A stretch of DNA of 64,000 bases, taken from assembly GCA_016186715.1 (NCBI GenBank), contig JACPLA010000021.1:640-64639 (forward strand), written 5' to 3'. The position numbers and the translations under genes are program-made. Of this stretch, positions 9,501-18,231 are shown piece by piece; position 1 is the stretch's first letter; each line of letters starts with the position of its first letter. Under the pieces are notes generated by a model, which saw only the letters and a program-made list of their open reading frames with translations, did no database searches and was not told the DNA's origin. This DNA is from Ignavibacteriales bacterium (GTDB lineage: Bacteria > Bacteroidota > Ignavibacteria > UBA10030).

Positions 9501-10424
9501 TTAACTTTCGACTTGCGACAGGATGCTTGGAATATTTTCAGCCTTGAGTTTCGAAATATCTTCGTTCGATTTCAGAATACATCCCAGTGTTTCTTCCACG
9601 GTCATCTCGTCCAGCTTGGTTTTCTCAAGCGAGAGAAGGGCAGAAGTCCAATCAAGAGTCTCTGCAATGCCCGGCGGCTTCGAAAGATTTTTACCCCGCA
9701 CTGCTTGAATGAACTGGACGATTTGATTCGCCAACTCTCGTCCGATCTGCGGAAGTTTCTTGTGAACGATGTGCAGCTCCTTCTCAAGGCTTGGATAATC
9801 AATCCAATGATAGAGACAGCGCCTTCTCAAGGCGTCGCTTAACTCCCTTGTTCGATTAGAGGTGAGCACAACGTAGGGTACATGGGTCGCCTTGATTGTT
9901 CCCATTTCGGGGATTGTGATCTGAAAGTCGGAAAGAAGCTCCAGCAGAAATGCTTCGAACTCTTCATCCGCCCGGTCAATTTCGTCGATCAACAACACCG
10001 GCGAAGCATTTGTCGCACTAATGGCTCTCAGGAGCGGTCGCTCCAGAAGGAATTTAGCGCTGAAAATGTGTTTCTCTTTCTCTGCGATACTTGCTTCAGC
10101 ATGTTCCTGAATCTTGATGCTCAGTAACTGCTTCTGGTAATTCCATTCATAGACCGCCGAGTTGACATCCAGTCCCTCGTAACATTGGAGGCGAATGAGT
10201 TCCGTTCCGAGAAAAGAGGCTAACACATTCGCTGTCTCCGTCTTTCCGACGCCAGCGTGTCCTTCTATGAGCAGTGGTCTTTGAAGCTTGAGGAGAAGGT
10301 AGATGGCGGTGGCAAGAGGACGGTCGGCAACGTACTTTCGCTGTTCAAAGCCGCGCATCAAATTGTCAATATCGGAGAGGTGGTTCATTGGATTAAGGAA
10401 TTCTTTAGGCATCGAATTATTCAA
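9501..10424 (-). CDS. coxD: MoxR-type AAA+ ATPase CoxD
   Basis: Walker A GHAGVGKT and the MoxR architecture, 307 aa. Confidence 0.85.
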   Translation of the reverse strand: MNNSMPKEFLNPMNHLSDIDNLMRGFEQRKYVADRPLATAIYLLLKLQRPLLIEGHAGVGKTETANVLASFLGTELIRLQCYEGLDVNSAVYEWNYQKQLLSIKIQEHAEASIAEKEKHIFSAKFLLERPLLRAISATNASPVLLIDEIDRADEEFEAFLLELLSDFQITIPEMGTIKATHVPYVVLTSNRTRELSDALRRRCLYHWIDYPSLEKELHIVHKKLPQIGRELANQIVQFIQAVRGKNLSKPPGIAETLDWTSALLSLEKTKLDEMTVEETLGCILKSNEDISKLKAENIPSILSQVES

Positions 10425-10426
10425 AC

Positions 10427-11017
10427 CTAAGATGAAGTTGACTTTCCGAGGATACGGCCGAAGAACCGACCAATCACTTTGCCTGTTACACTCAGAACCA
10501 AAGGAAGAGCATTGACAGGCTGAGGGGTAGGTGCAAATGCGACTTCGCTCCCCGTCCCATTTTCTTGCGCCAACTTTGCTTGAAAAGATCTGGTGAACTG
10601 TTCGAAGACATGATTTGACACATCATCCATCATCCGCGAGCCGAACTGTGCAAGCCTGCCCGTTACCGTGATTTCCGTCGTGCCGGTGACTTCCGTTCTT
10701 CCCTCAGTCAACGAGCGAAGTTTTCCCACCATCTTCATCGTGGCGCCGCCGGAACCGCGAGGATCTTGCCCCTTACCAAGAAGTTCAATTTCATGAATTT
10801 GATTGTCGAGTCGTTCGATTTTCACCTCTCCATTAAATTGAGAAGTAATCGGCCCTACTTTGACGGTAATGGTCCCTTTGTACGTCCTATCGTCGATCGC
10901 TTCCGTGATCTGGGCTCCGGGCAGACAGCTTGCGACTTTTTTCAAGTCGCTAAGGAATGCCCACACCTTTTCAATCGGTTGTTTGACCTGAAACTGTTTT
11001 GTGCTGGTTGCATGCAT
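10427..11017 (-). CDS. coxG: SRPBCC-family CoxG
   Basis: 196 aa with a CoxG-like sequence pattern. It lies directly after coxL. Confidence 0.75.
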   Translation of the reverse strand: MHATSTKQFQVKQPIEKVWAFLSDLKKVASCLPGAQITEAIDDRTYKGTITVKVGPITSQFNGEVKIERLDNQIHEIELLGKGQDPRGSGGATMKMVGKLRSLTEGRTEVTGTTEITVTGRLAQFGSRMMDDVSNHVFEQFTRSFQAKLAQENGTGSEVAFAPTPQPVNALPLVLSVTGKVIGRFFGRILGKSTSS

Positions 11018-11150
11018 CTTGGCAGAATCCTGACTATGATATGGTAATAAAACAACAAAGAAGATACTGCATCCGTTCGGTTACGGACGCAGCATCTTCG
11101 ATGAGTACGATGAACTTTCCCTGCTTCTCAGCAGCATCGGATGAGCACGC

Positions 11151-13511
11151 TTACCGTTCCGCTGCGACGCCTTTCTCCTTCAGAATCTGCCACACCTTCC
11201 ACGGCGTCATGGGGATATCGATGTGTCGCACACCGAGATGCGCTAACGCATCGACGACCGCGTTGACAATGGCAGGTGGTGCGCCGACGGTCGCGGATTC
11301 GCCCACTCCCTTCGCACCGAGAGGATGATGAGGTGATGGCGTGCATGTCTTGTCCGTCTCCCACTTTGGAGTCTCTACGGCCGTGGGAAGAAGATAATCC
11401 ATGAAGCTCCCGCCTTGGATGTTTCCCTCTTCGTCGTAGTTGATCGCTTCGTACAATGCGGGCGCAAGTCCCATCGTCAATCCACCATGGATCTGACCTT
11501 CGACAATCATTGGATTGATGATGTTTCCGCAATCGTCCACCGCGACGAACCGGCGTACTTTCACTTCACCGGTCCCGCGGTCAATGTCTACGACACAAAT
11601 ATACGAACCAAACGGAAAGGTAAGATTCGGCGGATCATAATAGGAGACAGCCTCGAGACCCGCTTCCATTCCCTGAGGATGGTTCGTGTACGCCGCAAAC
11701 GCAATTTCCTGAATCGTTTTTGCTTTCTGAGGAGCCCCTTGCACGTAGAATTTTCCACGTTCCCAGACAAGATCTGCCTCACTGCATTCGAGGAGGTAGG
11801 CGGCAATCTTCTTCGCTTTGTCGCGGATTTTTCGAGACGCCATTGCTCCTGCCGCTCCTGCCGTGGGAGTCGAACGAGAGGCATATGTTCCCAGCCCGTA
11901 TGGCGCGGTGTCGGTATCCCCTTCTTCCACTTGAATGTCGTCAACGGGGATGCCGAGTTCTTCTGCAACGATCTGGGCATACGTTGTCTCGTGGCCCTGA
12001 CCTTGCGACTTCGTGCCAAATCGCGCAACCGCTTTGCCGGTGGGATGAATACGAATCTCACAGCTGTCGAACATCTTGATGCCAAGAATGTCAAACGTGT
12101 GGGAAGGTCCTGCGCCGACAATTTCCGTGAAGCTGCTGATTCCGATTCCCATCAGCTCTCCTTTCTTCCGCTTCTCGGCCTGTTCCTTTCGCAGCGCATC
12201 GTAACCGATGATCACTTTCGCCTTCTGGAGCGCCGCCTCGTAGTTGCCGCTGTCATATTCCCAGCCAAGCGCAGATTTGTAAGGGAATTTATTTGCGGGA
12301 ATAAAGTTCTTCATCCGCAATTCCGCCGGATCCATCTTCAAGTCGTGGGCAAGGACATCGACCATGCGCTCAATCGTGTGGACTGCTTCTGTGACTCGGA
12401 AGGAACAGCGATACGCGATTCCTCCGGGGGGTTTATTCGTATAGACACCATCTACTTCCGCAAAAGCTGTCTTAAAGTCGTAGGAGCCGGTTGCGATGGA
12501 GAACAGACCGGCAGGAAACTTTGATGGGTTCGCTGCGGCGTCGGCGTAGCCGTGATCAGCTATTGTCTTGATTCGAAGTGCCTGCATGGTTCCATCTTTC
12601 TTTGCAGCAATCTCGGCCGTGATGTGATAGTCACGAGCGAAGGAATCCGCCTGAATATTCTCCATGCGATCTTCGATCCACTTCACCGGCTTTCCGATCA
12701 GAACGGAGGCCGCCACCGCAATGACATACCCCGGATACACCGGCACCTTTCCACCGAATCCTCCGCCGATATCCGGAGAAATGATCTGAATCTTTTGTTC
12801 ACTGAGGCCAACGTGTCCCGCGACCAGAGCAAACACCGTCCTAATCGCGTGTGGCGCCTGGGTGGTCATCCAAACGGTAAGTTTCCCGCTGATCTTGTCA
12901 AAGCTCGCCACGCAGCCACATGTCTCGATTGAACAAACATGAATTCTGGGGAGGTACATGTCTTGCTTGACTGTCACATCTGCTTCCTTAAAAGCTGTCT
13001 CTGTTGCGGCCTTGTTACCAACCTCCCAATGGAAGATAAGATTGTCTTTTTTGTCTTTCTTGTCGGTTCGGAGGATGGGCGCACCGAGCTCCAGCGCTTT
13101 TTTCGGGTCCACAACCACGGGGAGCGGCTCATATTCTACTTCCACCGCCGCCGCACCGTCTGCAGCAATGTACCGGTCGGTGGCAATCACTCCCGCTACT
13201 TCCTGAGATTGGTACATCACCTTCTCAACCGGAAGAACCATCTGTGTGTCAGACATCAGCGTCGGCATCCAGTGCAGGTTGTATTGCTTCAGCATCTCAC
13301 CGGTTACGACGGCGAGGACACCGGGGATGGCCGTTGCTTTGGAGGTATCGATCTTTTTGATTTTCGCGTGTGCGTACGGGCTGCGGACGATGTCGAGGTA
13401 GAGCATCCCCGGCAATTTGACGTCGTCAACATAATTGCCCTTTCCCTGAATAAAGCGCGGATCTTCCTTGCGCTTCACGCTATGACCCATGCCTTGGATT
13501 TCAGTAGCCAT
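11151..13511 (-). CDS. coxL: form-I aerobic CO dehydrogenase large (molybdopterin) subunit CoxL
   Basis: 786 aa of the xanthine-dehydrogenase family. It contains the form-I active-site loop GGIAYRCSFR (the AYXCSFR signature). Confidence 0.9.
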   Translation of the reverse strand: MATEIQGMGHSVKRKEDPRFIQGKGNYVDDVKLPGMLYLDIVRSPYAHAKIKKIDTSKATAIPGVLAVVTGEMLKQYNLHWMPTLMSDTQMVLPVEKVMYQSQEVAGVIATDRYIAADGAAAVEVEYEPLPVVVDPKKALELGAPILRTDKKDKKDNLIFHWEVGNKAATETAFKEADVTVKQDMYLPRIHVCSIETCGCVASFDKISGKLTVWMTTQAPHAIRTVFALVAGHVGLSEQKIQIISPDIGGGFGGKVPVYPGYVIAVAASVLIGKPVKWIEDRMENIQADSFARDYHITAEIAAKKDGTMQALRIKTIADHGYADAAANPSKFPAGLFSIATGSYDFKTAFAEVDGVYTNKPPGGIAYRCSFRVTEAVHTIERMVDVLAHDLKMDPAELRMKNFIPANKFPYKSALGWEYDSGNYEAALQKAKVIIGYDALRKEQAEKRKKGELMGIGISSFTEIVGAGPSHTFDILGIKMFDSCEIRIHPTGKAVARFGTKSQGQGHETTYAQIVAEELGIPVDDIQVEEGDTDTAPYGLGTYASRSTPTAGAAGAMASRKIRDKAKKIAAYLLECSEADLVWERGKFYVQGAPQKAKTIQEIAFAAYTNHPQGMEAGLEAVSYYDPPNLTFPFGSYICVVDIDRGTGEVKVRRFVAVDDCGNIINPMIVEGQIHGGLTMGLAPALYEAINYDEEGNIQGGSFMDYLLPTAVETPKWETDKTCTPSPHHPLGAKGVGESATVGAPPAIVNAVVDALAHLGVRHIDIPMTPWKVWQILKEKGVAAER

Positions 13512-13543
13512 TGTTCGAATCTCCTTATGTTAAGACGAAAGCA

Positions 13544-14023
13544 TCATTTTTTTTCCGTCGCAATTTTTTCCGCCGCGTACCGAATCGCTTTGACGATATT
13601 GACATAGCCTGTGCAGCGGCAAAGATTTCCCGATATCCCCCATCGAATTTCTTCTTCCGAGGGATGAGAGTTGTTCTTCAGTAACGTGTAAGCACTCATC
13701 ATCATACCGGGCGTGCAAAAACCGCACTGGAGACCATGCTTTTCCCAGAAACCTTCTTGAATGGGATGGAGCGTTCCATTCTTTGCGAGACCCTCCACCG
13801 TAAGGACATCCCCTCCATCGGCTTGAACAGCGAGGACCGTGCAGGATTTTACCGCGCGTCCGTTAAGGACAATCGTGCAGGCACCGCAGTTGGTGGTATC
13901 ACATCCAATGTGAGTCCCAGTAAGGTTCAACACTTCTCTGACAAAGTGCACGAGTAACATCCGAGGTTGAACGTCGGCTTCATTCTTCACGCCGTTGACG
14001 GTCATTTGAATTCGGTGGTTCAT
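13544..14023 (-). CDS. coxS: CO dehydrogenase small [2Fe-2S] subunit CoxS
   Basis: CGACTV and GFCTPG iron-sulfur motifs, 159 aa. Confidence 0.9.
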   Translation of the reverse strand: MNHRIQMTVNGVKNEADVQPRMLLVHFVREVLNLTGTHIGCDTTNCGACTIVLNGRAVKSCTVLAVQADGGDVLTVEGLAKNGTLHPIQEGFWEKHGLQCGFCTPGMMMSAYTLLKNNSHPSEEEIRWGISGNLCRCTGYVNIVKAIRYAAEKIATEKK

Positions 14024-14026
14024 GAT

Positions 14027-15601
14027 TTATTTCCCTCCTTTCGCACGTTCTACAGCTTGGTTGAGCGCGCGAACAGTCAGAGTCTTGACCATAGCTCGTT
14101 TGTACTCTGCAGGACCGCGAAGATCAGATGAGGGCTGCGAGGCTTTTGCTGCAAGGTCGCCCGCCTTCCCCATCAGATCGTCATCCGGTTTTTTCCCTCG
14201 CAATAATTCCTCTGCTTCCTTCGCCTGAATAACCGTAGGTCCAACGTTCGTCAATCCAATGCCGACCTTTTCTATCTTGTCACTCGTATCGAGCGTCAAT
14301 TGAACCGCTACGGCAGCAACGGCGAAATCCCCAACTTTTCGCTCAAGTTTAAAGTACGCGCCTCCGGTCCGTCCACCCGGAGTCCGCACACGAATTTCAG
14401 TAAGTATCTCATCCTGCTTGAGCGCTGTCTCAAACAATCCGGTAAAGAATTGGTTGATGGGAATTGTGCGCTCACCCTTGGCGCCCGTTACTACTACCTC
14501 TGCACCGAGAGCCACCATTGTTGCAGGATGATCATTGGCGGGATCCGCGTGAGCCAAATTTCCGCCAACGGTTGCCATGTTTCTCACAAGAGGATCGGCA
14601 ATGACTTTTGCAGTATCCGCGATGATCGGATACTTCGAACGAATCAGATCGGAAGCATCGAGGTCTGACTCGCGTGTCAGAGCGCCGATCCGGAGAAATC
14701 CTCCCGATTCTTTGATATAGCTCAGTCCATCGAGACGGTTGATGTCAATGAGCATTGGTGGCGTAGCCAACCTTAGTTTCATCATGGGGATGAGACTGTG
14801 GCCGCCGGCCAGAATCTTCGCGTTCTCTCCATGCTTTTGCAGCAGCGAGATCGCCTCGGAGAGCGTTGTGGGCCGGAAGTATTCAAATGAGGGCGGGATC
14901 ATTGTTGCCTCCATTCTTCCGTGAGGAGTTAAGTGAGAAAGGTAATACCTTCGGTAGTAAGGAACCTGCGGAATGTTTCCATCGATGTTGATAACGACTT
15001 TTACCCCCTCGAGCGACATCTCAAGAACCTTATCGATCAGTGTGTTCACCTGATCAGTGCCCATCCATTGTAACCTTCTGCGAACCAATAGCGCCGCAAG
15101 TCCATGCCAGGCCGACCAAATCGCAAGAGTTGTTGCTTCAGCATCAGATTGTCGATTTCCATTACGCGCCAGGCACGCCTGAACATCGTTCCGAAGGAGA
15201 TCTAACATTTGGTATGTTGTCTGTTTGACTTCTTCCTGGGAGCGATGTTGGGTGGGCTTCCGCATGATGAACATCAGGTCGTAATACTCCGGATACTTCA
15301 GAGCAAAATCAAAATAGATTCTGCCGTGCTTTCGAAGCCGCTCCAATGGTTCTGCTATCAACTCACGCTGTTGTTGAAACGCAACAAGTTTTTCGAAGGC
15401 ATCTTCGTATAAGTGGTAGAAGATGTCGTTCTTATCCTTAAAGTAGAGGTAAATCGAAGAGGGACTATATTCGATGTGGTGGGAGATTTTTCGGATGGTA
15501 ACGTTCTCGAATCCTTCTTCGAGAAATAAGCGCATCGCGGCATCAAGCACTTGCCTTTTGAATGCAGACTTTTCTCGCTGTTTTCGTTCGTCCAGGCCCA
15601 A
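14027..15601 (-). CDS. coxM: single ORF encoding a TetR-family HTH domain (aa 1-200) joined in frame to the FAD-binding medium subunit CoxM (from about aa 234)
   Basis: The N-terminus has a TetR HTH (VTIRKISHHIEYSPSSIYLYFKDKNDIF). CoxM begins at MIPPSFEYFRPTTLSEA...LAGGHSLIPMMKLRLA. There is no stop codon between the two parts. Confidence 0.8.
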   Translation of the reverse strand: MGLDERKQREKSAFKRQVLDAAMRLFLEEGFENVTIRKISHHIEYSPSSIYLYFKDKNDIFYHLYEDAFEKLVAFQQQRELIAEPLERLRKHGRIYFDFALKYPEYYDLMFIMRKPTQHRSQEEVKQTTYQMLDLLRNDVQACLARNGNRQSDAEATTLAIWSAWHGLAALLVRRRLQWMGTDQVNTLIDKVLEMSLEGVKVVINIDGNIPQVPYYRRYYLSHLTPHGRMEATMIPPSFEYFRPTTLSEAISLLQKHGENAKILAGGHSLIPMMKLRLATPPMLIDINRLDGLSYIKESGGFLRIGALTRESDLDASDLIRSKYPIIADTAKVIADPLVRNMATVGGNLAHADPANDHPATMVALGAEVVVTGAKGERTIPINQFFTGLFETALKQDEILTEIRVRTPGGRTGGAYFKLERKVGDFAVAAVAVQLTLDTSDKIEKVGIGLTNVGPTVIQAKEAEELLRGKKPDDDLMGKAGDLAAKASQPSSDLRGPAEYKRAMVKTLTVRALNQAVERAKGGK

Positions 15602-15713
15602 ATCGAAAAATCCTTTCAGAACTGAACGCTGTTCAGTTTCCGCACAGTGTACGATATTAAGAACCGTTTGTCAAGAGGGAGCTGTGTTTAAGATAAAAGC
15701 GGCAAGCGTTTCC

Positions 15714-16430
15714 TCAGATCCAACCAAAACGGATGAGAGTCTTGTTGACCCGCCAAGAAAATAGAGCTGCCATTCCGATAAGGACAATTGTGAGAACCGG
15801 ACTGAACGCTTGATAGACTTGCAATCCTACAACGATCGTTGTGATTACGATAAACAGGCAGAGACTTGCCAACCGCTTACGGAGGATTCGATGGGGCTTA
15901 AGCTCTCCGAAAAGTCCTTCCGGCACATTGGCATCAGAACTGACGGTCGCGATGAGTGCTTCGATTTTTGGCTGAAGCTTGAAATGAACGTACGAAAGCA
16001 ATATCATCAGTATGAACAAAAGAAGGACTTTTGTCAGCACAACCCAGTTTGCCCACAATGCCTCAATCCCCAGAGGACCGGCGAGTAGCAGTAGAATGCC
16101 GGTAACGAGTGCAGTCCATTGAAATACGTAACAGCGAATTGCTCCGTGTTGAATTATGTTTTCCATGTACCTGTCGGCAAAGTAATGAAAAGATGTTCCG
16201 AGAAGTGCCCGTTCGTTTACCGCAATGAGGTTAAATAGCGGTATCGACATGAAAACAAAGCTCAAGACATGCAAAAACTTTAAGAGATCATAAAGTAAAT
16301 GCATTGTAACCTCTTCTTTCTGTGTTAAGCATGAGATGGTAAATAAAGTCGACGGGCTGTTATTGGATAAACACCTAACAGAAAAGGAGGGCGTGGGCAC
16401 CATTGGCTGTCCCAGCCGCCGGCACTTCAC
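15714..16430 (-). CDS. polytopic membrane protein of unknown function at the head of the cox cluster
   Basis: Multiple hydrophobic helices. The start is likely the internal Met (MHLLYD...). Confidence 0.45.
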   Translation of the reverse strand: MKCRRLGQPMVPTPSFSVRCLSNNSPSTLFTISCLTQKEEVTMHLLYDLLKFLHVLSFVFMSIPLFNLIAVNERALLGTSFHYFADRYMENIIQHGAIRCYVFQWTALVTGILLLLAGPLGIEALWANWVVLTKVLLLFILMILLSYVHFKLQPKIEALIATVSSDANVPEGLFGELKPHRILRKRLASLCLFIVITTIVVGLQVYQAFSPVLTIVLIGMAALFSWRVNKTLIRFGWI

Positions 16431-16586
16431 CGTATTAGCGTACCCCCTATTGAAAAAGTGTTAGCAGGGTAGATTATGTTGACAATCTAAAACTAGTTCC
16501 GGTAAAATCAAACTCCCGTAAATTCTGTGCGGAGCAAAAAAGAACGAATAACCCACCATCGAACACCGCACCTCGAGTAGACCCCA

Positions 16587-17122
16587 TCACACAGAATAGA
16601 AGCTTCTATCCAGACTACTGTATTGAATGGCTTCGCTCAAATGCTCAGTCCTGATCTGATCACTTCCCACAAGGTCGGCAATGGTGCGTGAGACTTTCAA
16701 AATTCGGTCATAAGCCCTCGCCGAGAGGCCCAGCCGATTCATCGCCGTTTTCAGCAACTCTGCCCCCGCCGTATCGATCTGACAGAATTCCTTGATTTCC
16801 TTCGATTCCATGTCGGCGTTGCAATACAGGTCTTTTCGTTTTTCGAATCTGCCAGTTTGAACCCCCTCGCACGAACAACACGCTCACGTATGGCCGAGGA
16901 ATTCTCGCCCGAGCGCTTCGAGGAAAGCTCCGTGTATTTGACAGCAGGGACCTCGACGTGAATATCGATTCTGTCCAGCAATGGACCTGAAATCTTGCCA
17001 ACGTATTTCTGGATTTGCATCGGAGTGCACATGCATTCCTGATTCGGGTTTCCGTAATTGCCGCACGGACAGGGGTTCATTGCCTTTTTGCCATATTCGA
17101 CTTTCAGCGCCAAAACCATCAA
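16587..17122 (-). pseudogene. comM: comM/yifB (Mg-chelatase-like ATPase) C-terminal remnant, 5'-truncated and frameshifted
   Basis: Frames encode [46 protein letters not shown] and ...LSARAYDRILKVSRTIADLVGSDQIRTEHLSEAIQYSSLDR. The AAA+ N-terminal two-thirds is absent. Homology ends exactly where the HTH-paralog leader begins, near 17080. Confidence 0.75.
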
Positions 17123-17505
17123 AACTGCCTACTGTTCTGAACACTATCGGGGATCACATCAGAAAGCGACGGCTTGAGCTTGGACTTCTCCAGCGTGAGG
17201 TTGCAGACCGTCTCTCTGTCAAAGTCGACACCATTCTCAACTGGGAACACAACAGAACGGCACCAACGCTCCGATGCCTTCCAGGGGTGATCGCGTTCCT
17301 CGGTTACGATCCATCGGATGACAACCCAAGAACACTGGGCGAAAAGCTGATGAAATATGGGAAAAGTTGTGGCATGAGTCAAAAAGAAATGGCGAGCCGG
17401 ATTGGTATTGACGCAACAACGTTGAGCAGGTTGGAGAGAGATAAGGGCAGATGCTTTGATACGGTACTCAAGAAAGTTCATGACTTCTTGAACACGCATG
17501 AGTAA
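16981..17505 (+). CDS. tandem-HTH XRE-family regulator, paralog B
   Basis: Shares the leader (ttgcctttttgccatattcgactttcagcgccaaaaccatcaaaactgcctactgttctgaac) and the protein core with paralog A. The real start is probably downstream of 17100. Confidence 0.65.
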   Translation: MDLKSCQRISGFASECTCIPDSGFRNCRTDRGSLPFCHIRLSAPKPSKLPTVLNTIGDHIRKRRLELGLLQREVADRLSVKVDTILNWEHNRTAPTLRCLPGVIAFLGYDPSDDNPRTLGEKLMKYGKSCGMSQKEMASRIGIDATTLSRLERDKGRCFDTVLKKVHDFLNTHE

Positions 17506-17568
17506 CGCTAAATAACGAACGGCAAACAAGATAACACTCGACGTCAGCCTTAGGACCCAGGACGAAAC

Positions 17569-18168
17569 TTAATTACGCAACACTTCGGTCACTTGTGCTT
17601 GCCATGCTTTGATCACTTCTTCTGTGGTCTTAATTTCAGCGCCATAATTTGTCTTGAGATATTCGAGCCCCTCATTGTGGGCTTTTTCGTCGAATGCTTC
17701 AACGCCATCCTGCAAAATAACCAGATTGTAGCCTCTGAAAAATGCATCGGCAGAAGTATGGCGATCACAGATGTTTGTATGTAAGCCAGTGACATACAGC
17801 TTTGTCACGGCAAGGCTTCGCAGGAGTTGGTCGAGACCAGTCTCGAAAAATGCTGAGTAGGTGCGTTTTTCAAACTGATAATCTGGGGGTCCTGGTCTTA
17901 ACTCGGGAATCACCTCCGCGCCCGCGGATCCCTTCATGGCATGCTCACCCCATACACGAAGTTCAAAATCCTCCCTTAAATGCGCATCTCCAGCATAAAT
18001 CACAGGAACACCTTTCTTCCGAGCTTCTGCCAGAAATTTCATGAGATTGGGAATAATCCTATCTGCCCGTTCGCAGCGCAACTTTCCCGTGACAAAATCA
18101 TTGAGCATATCAATAACGAGAACCGCCTCGGGTTTTCTTGCCATAGGTCTTTCGCTCCTTTCTTTCAC
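17569..18168 (-). CDS. isochorismatase-family cysteine hydrolase (nicotinamidase-like)
   Basis: VLVIDMLNDF ... catalytic Cys in LYVTGLHTNICD. Confidence 0.8.
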   Translation of the reverse strand: MKERSERPMARKPEAVLVIDMLNDFVTGKLRCERADRIIPNLMKFLAEARKKGVPVIYAGDAHLREDFELRVWGEHAMKGSAGAEVIPELRPGPPDYQFEKRTYSAFFETGLDQLLRSLAVTKLYVTGLHTNICDRHTSADAFFRGYNLVILQDGVEAFDEKAHNEGLEYLKTNYGAEIKTTEEVIKAWQAQVTEVLRN

Positions 18169-18231
18169 GCTATCAACTGTTGTGATCCAAGGTAGTCAAA
18201 GTGGGAAGGTAAATCAAGGACCCTGCTGTAA

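Noticed and set aside
8301-10424. MoxR AAA+ ATPase plus VWA protein pair, a combination sometimes seen in defence systems
   Set aside because: The context is unambiguous. They are CoxD/CoxE, positioned in canonical order after coxL-coxG.
11415-12524. 369-aa plus-strand ORF
   Set aside because: It lies antisense inside coxL, with low-complexity R/S-rich translation. It is an artefact of GC-rich coding sequence on the opposite strand.
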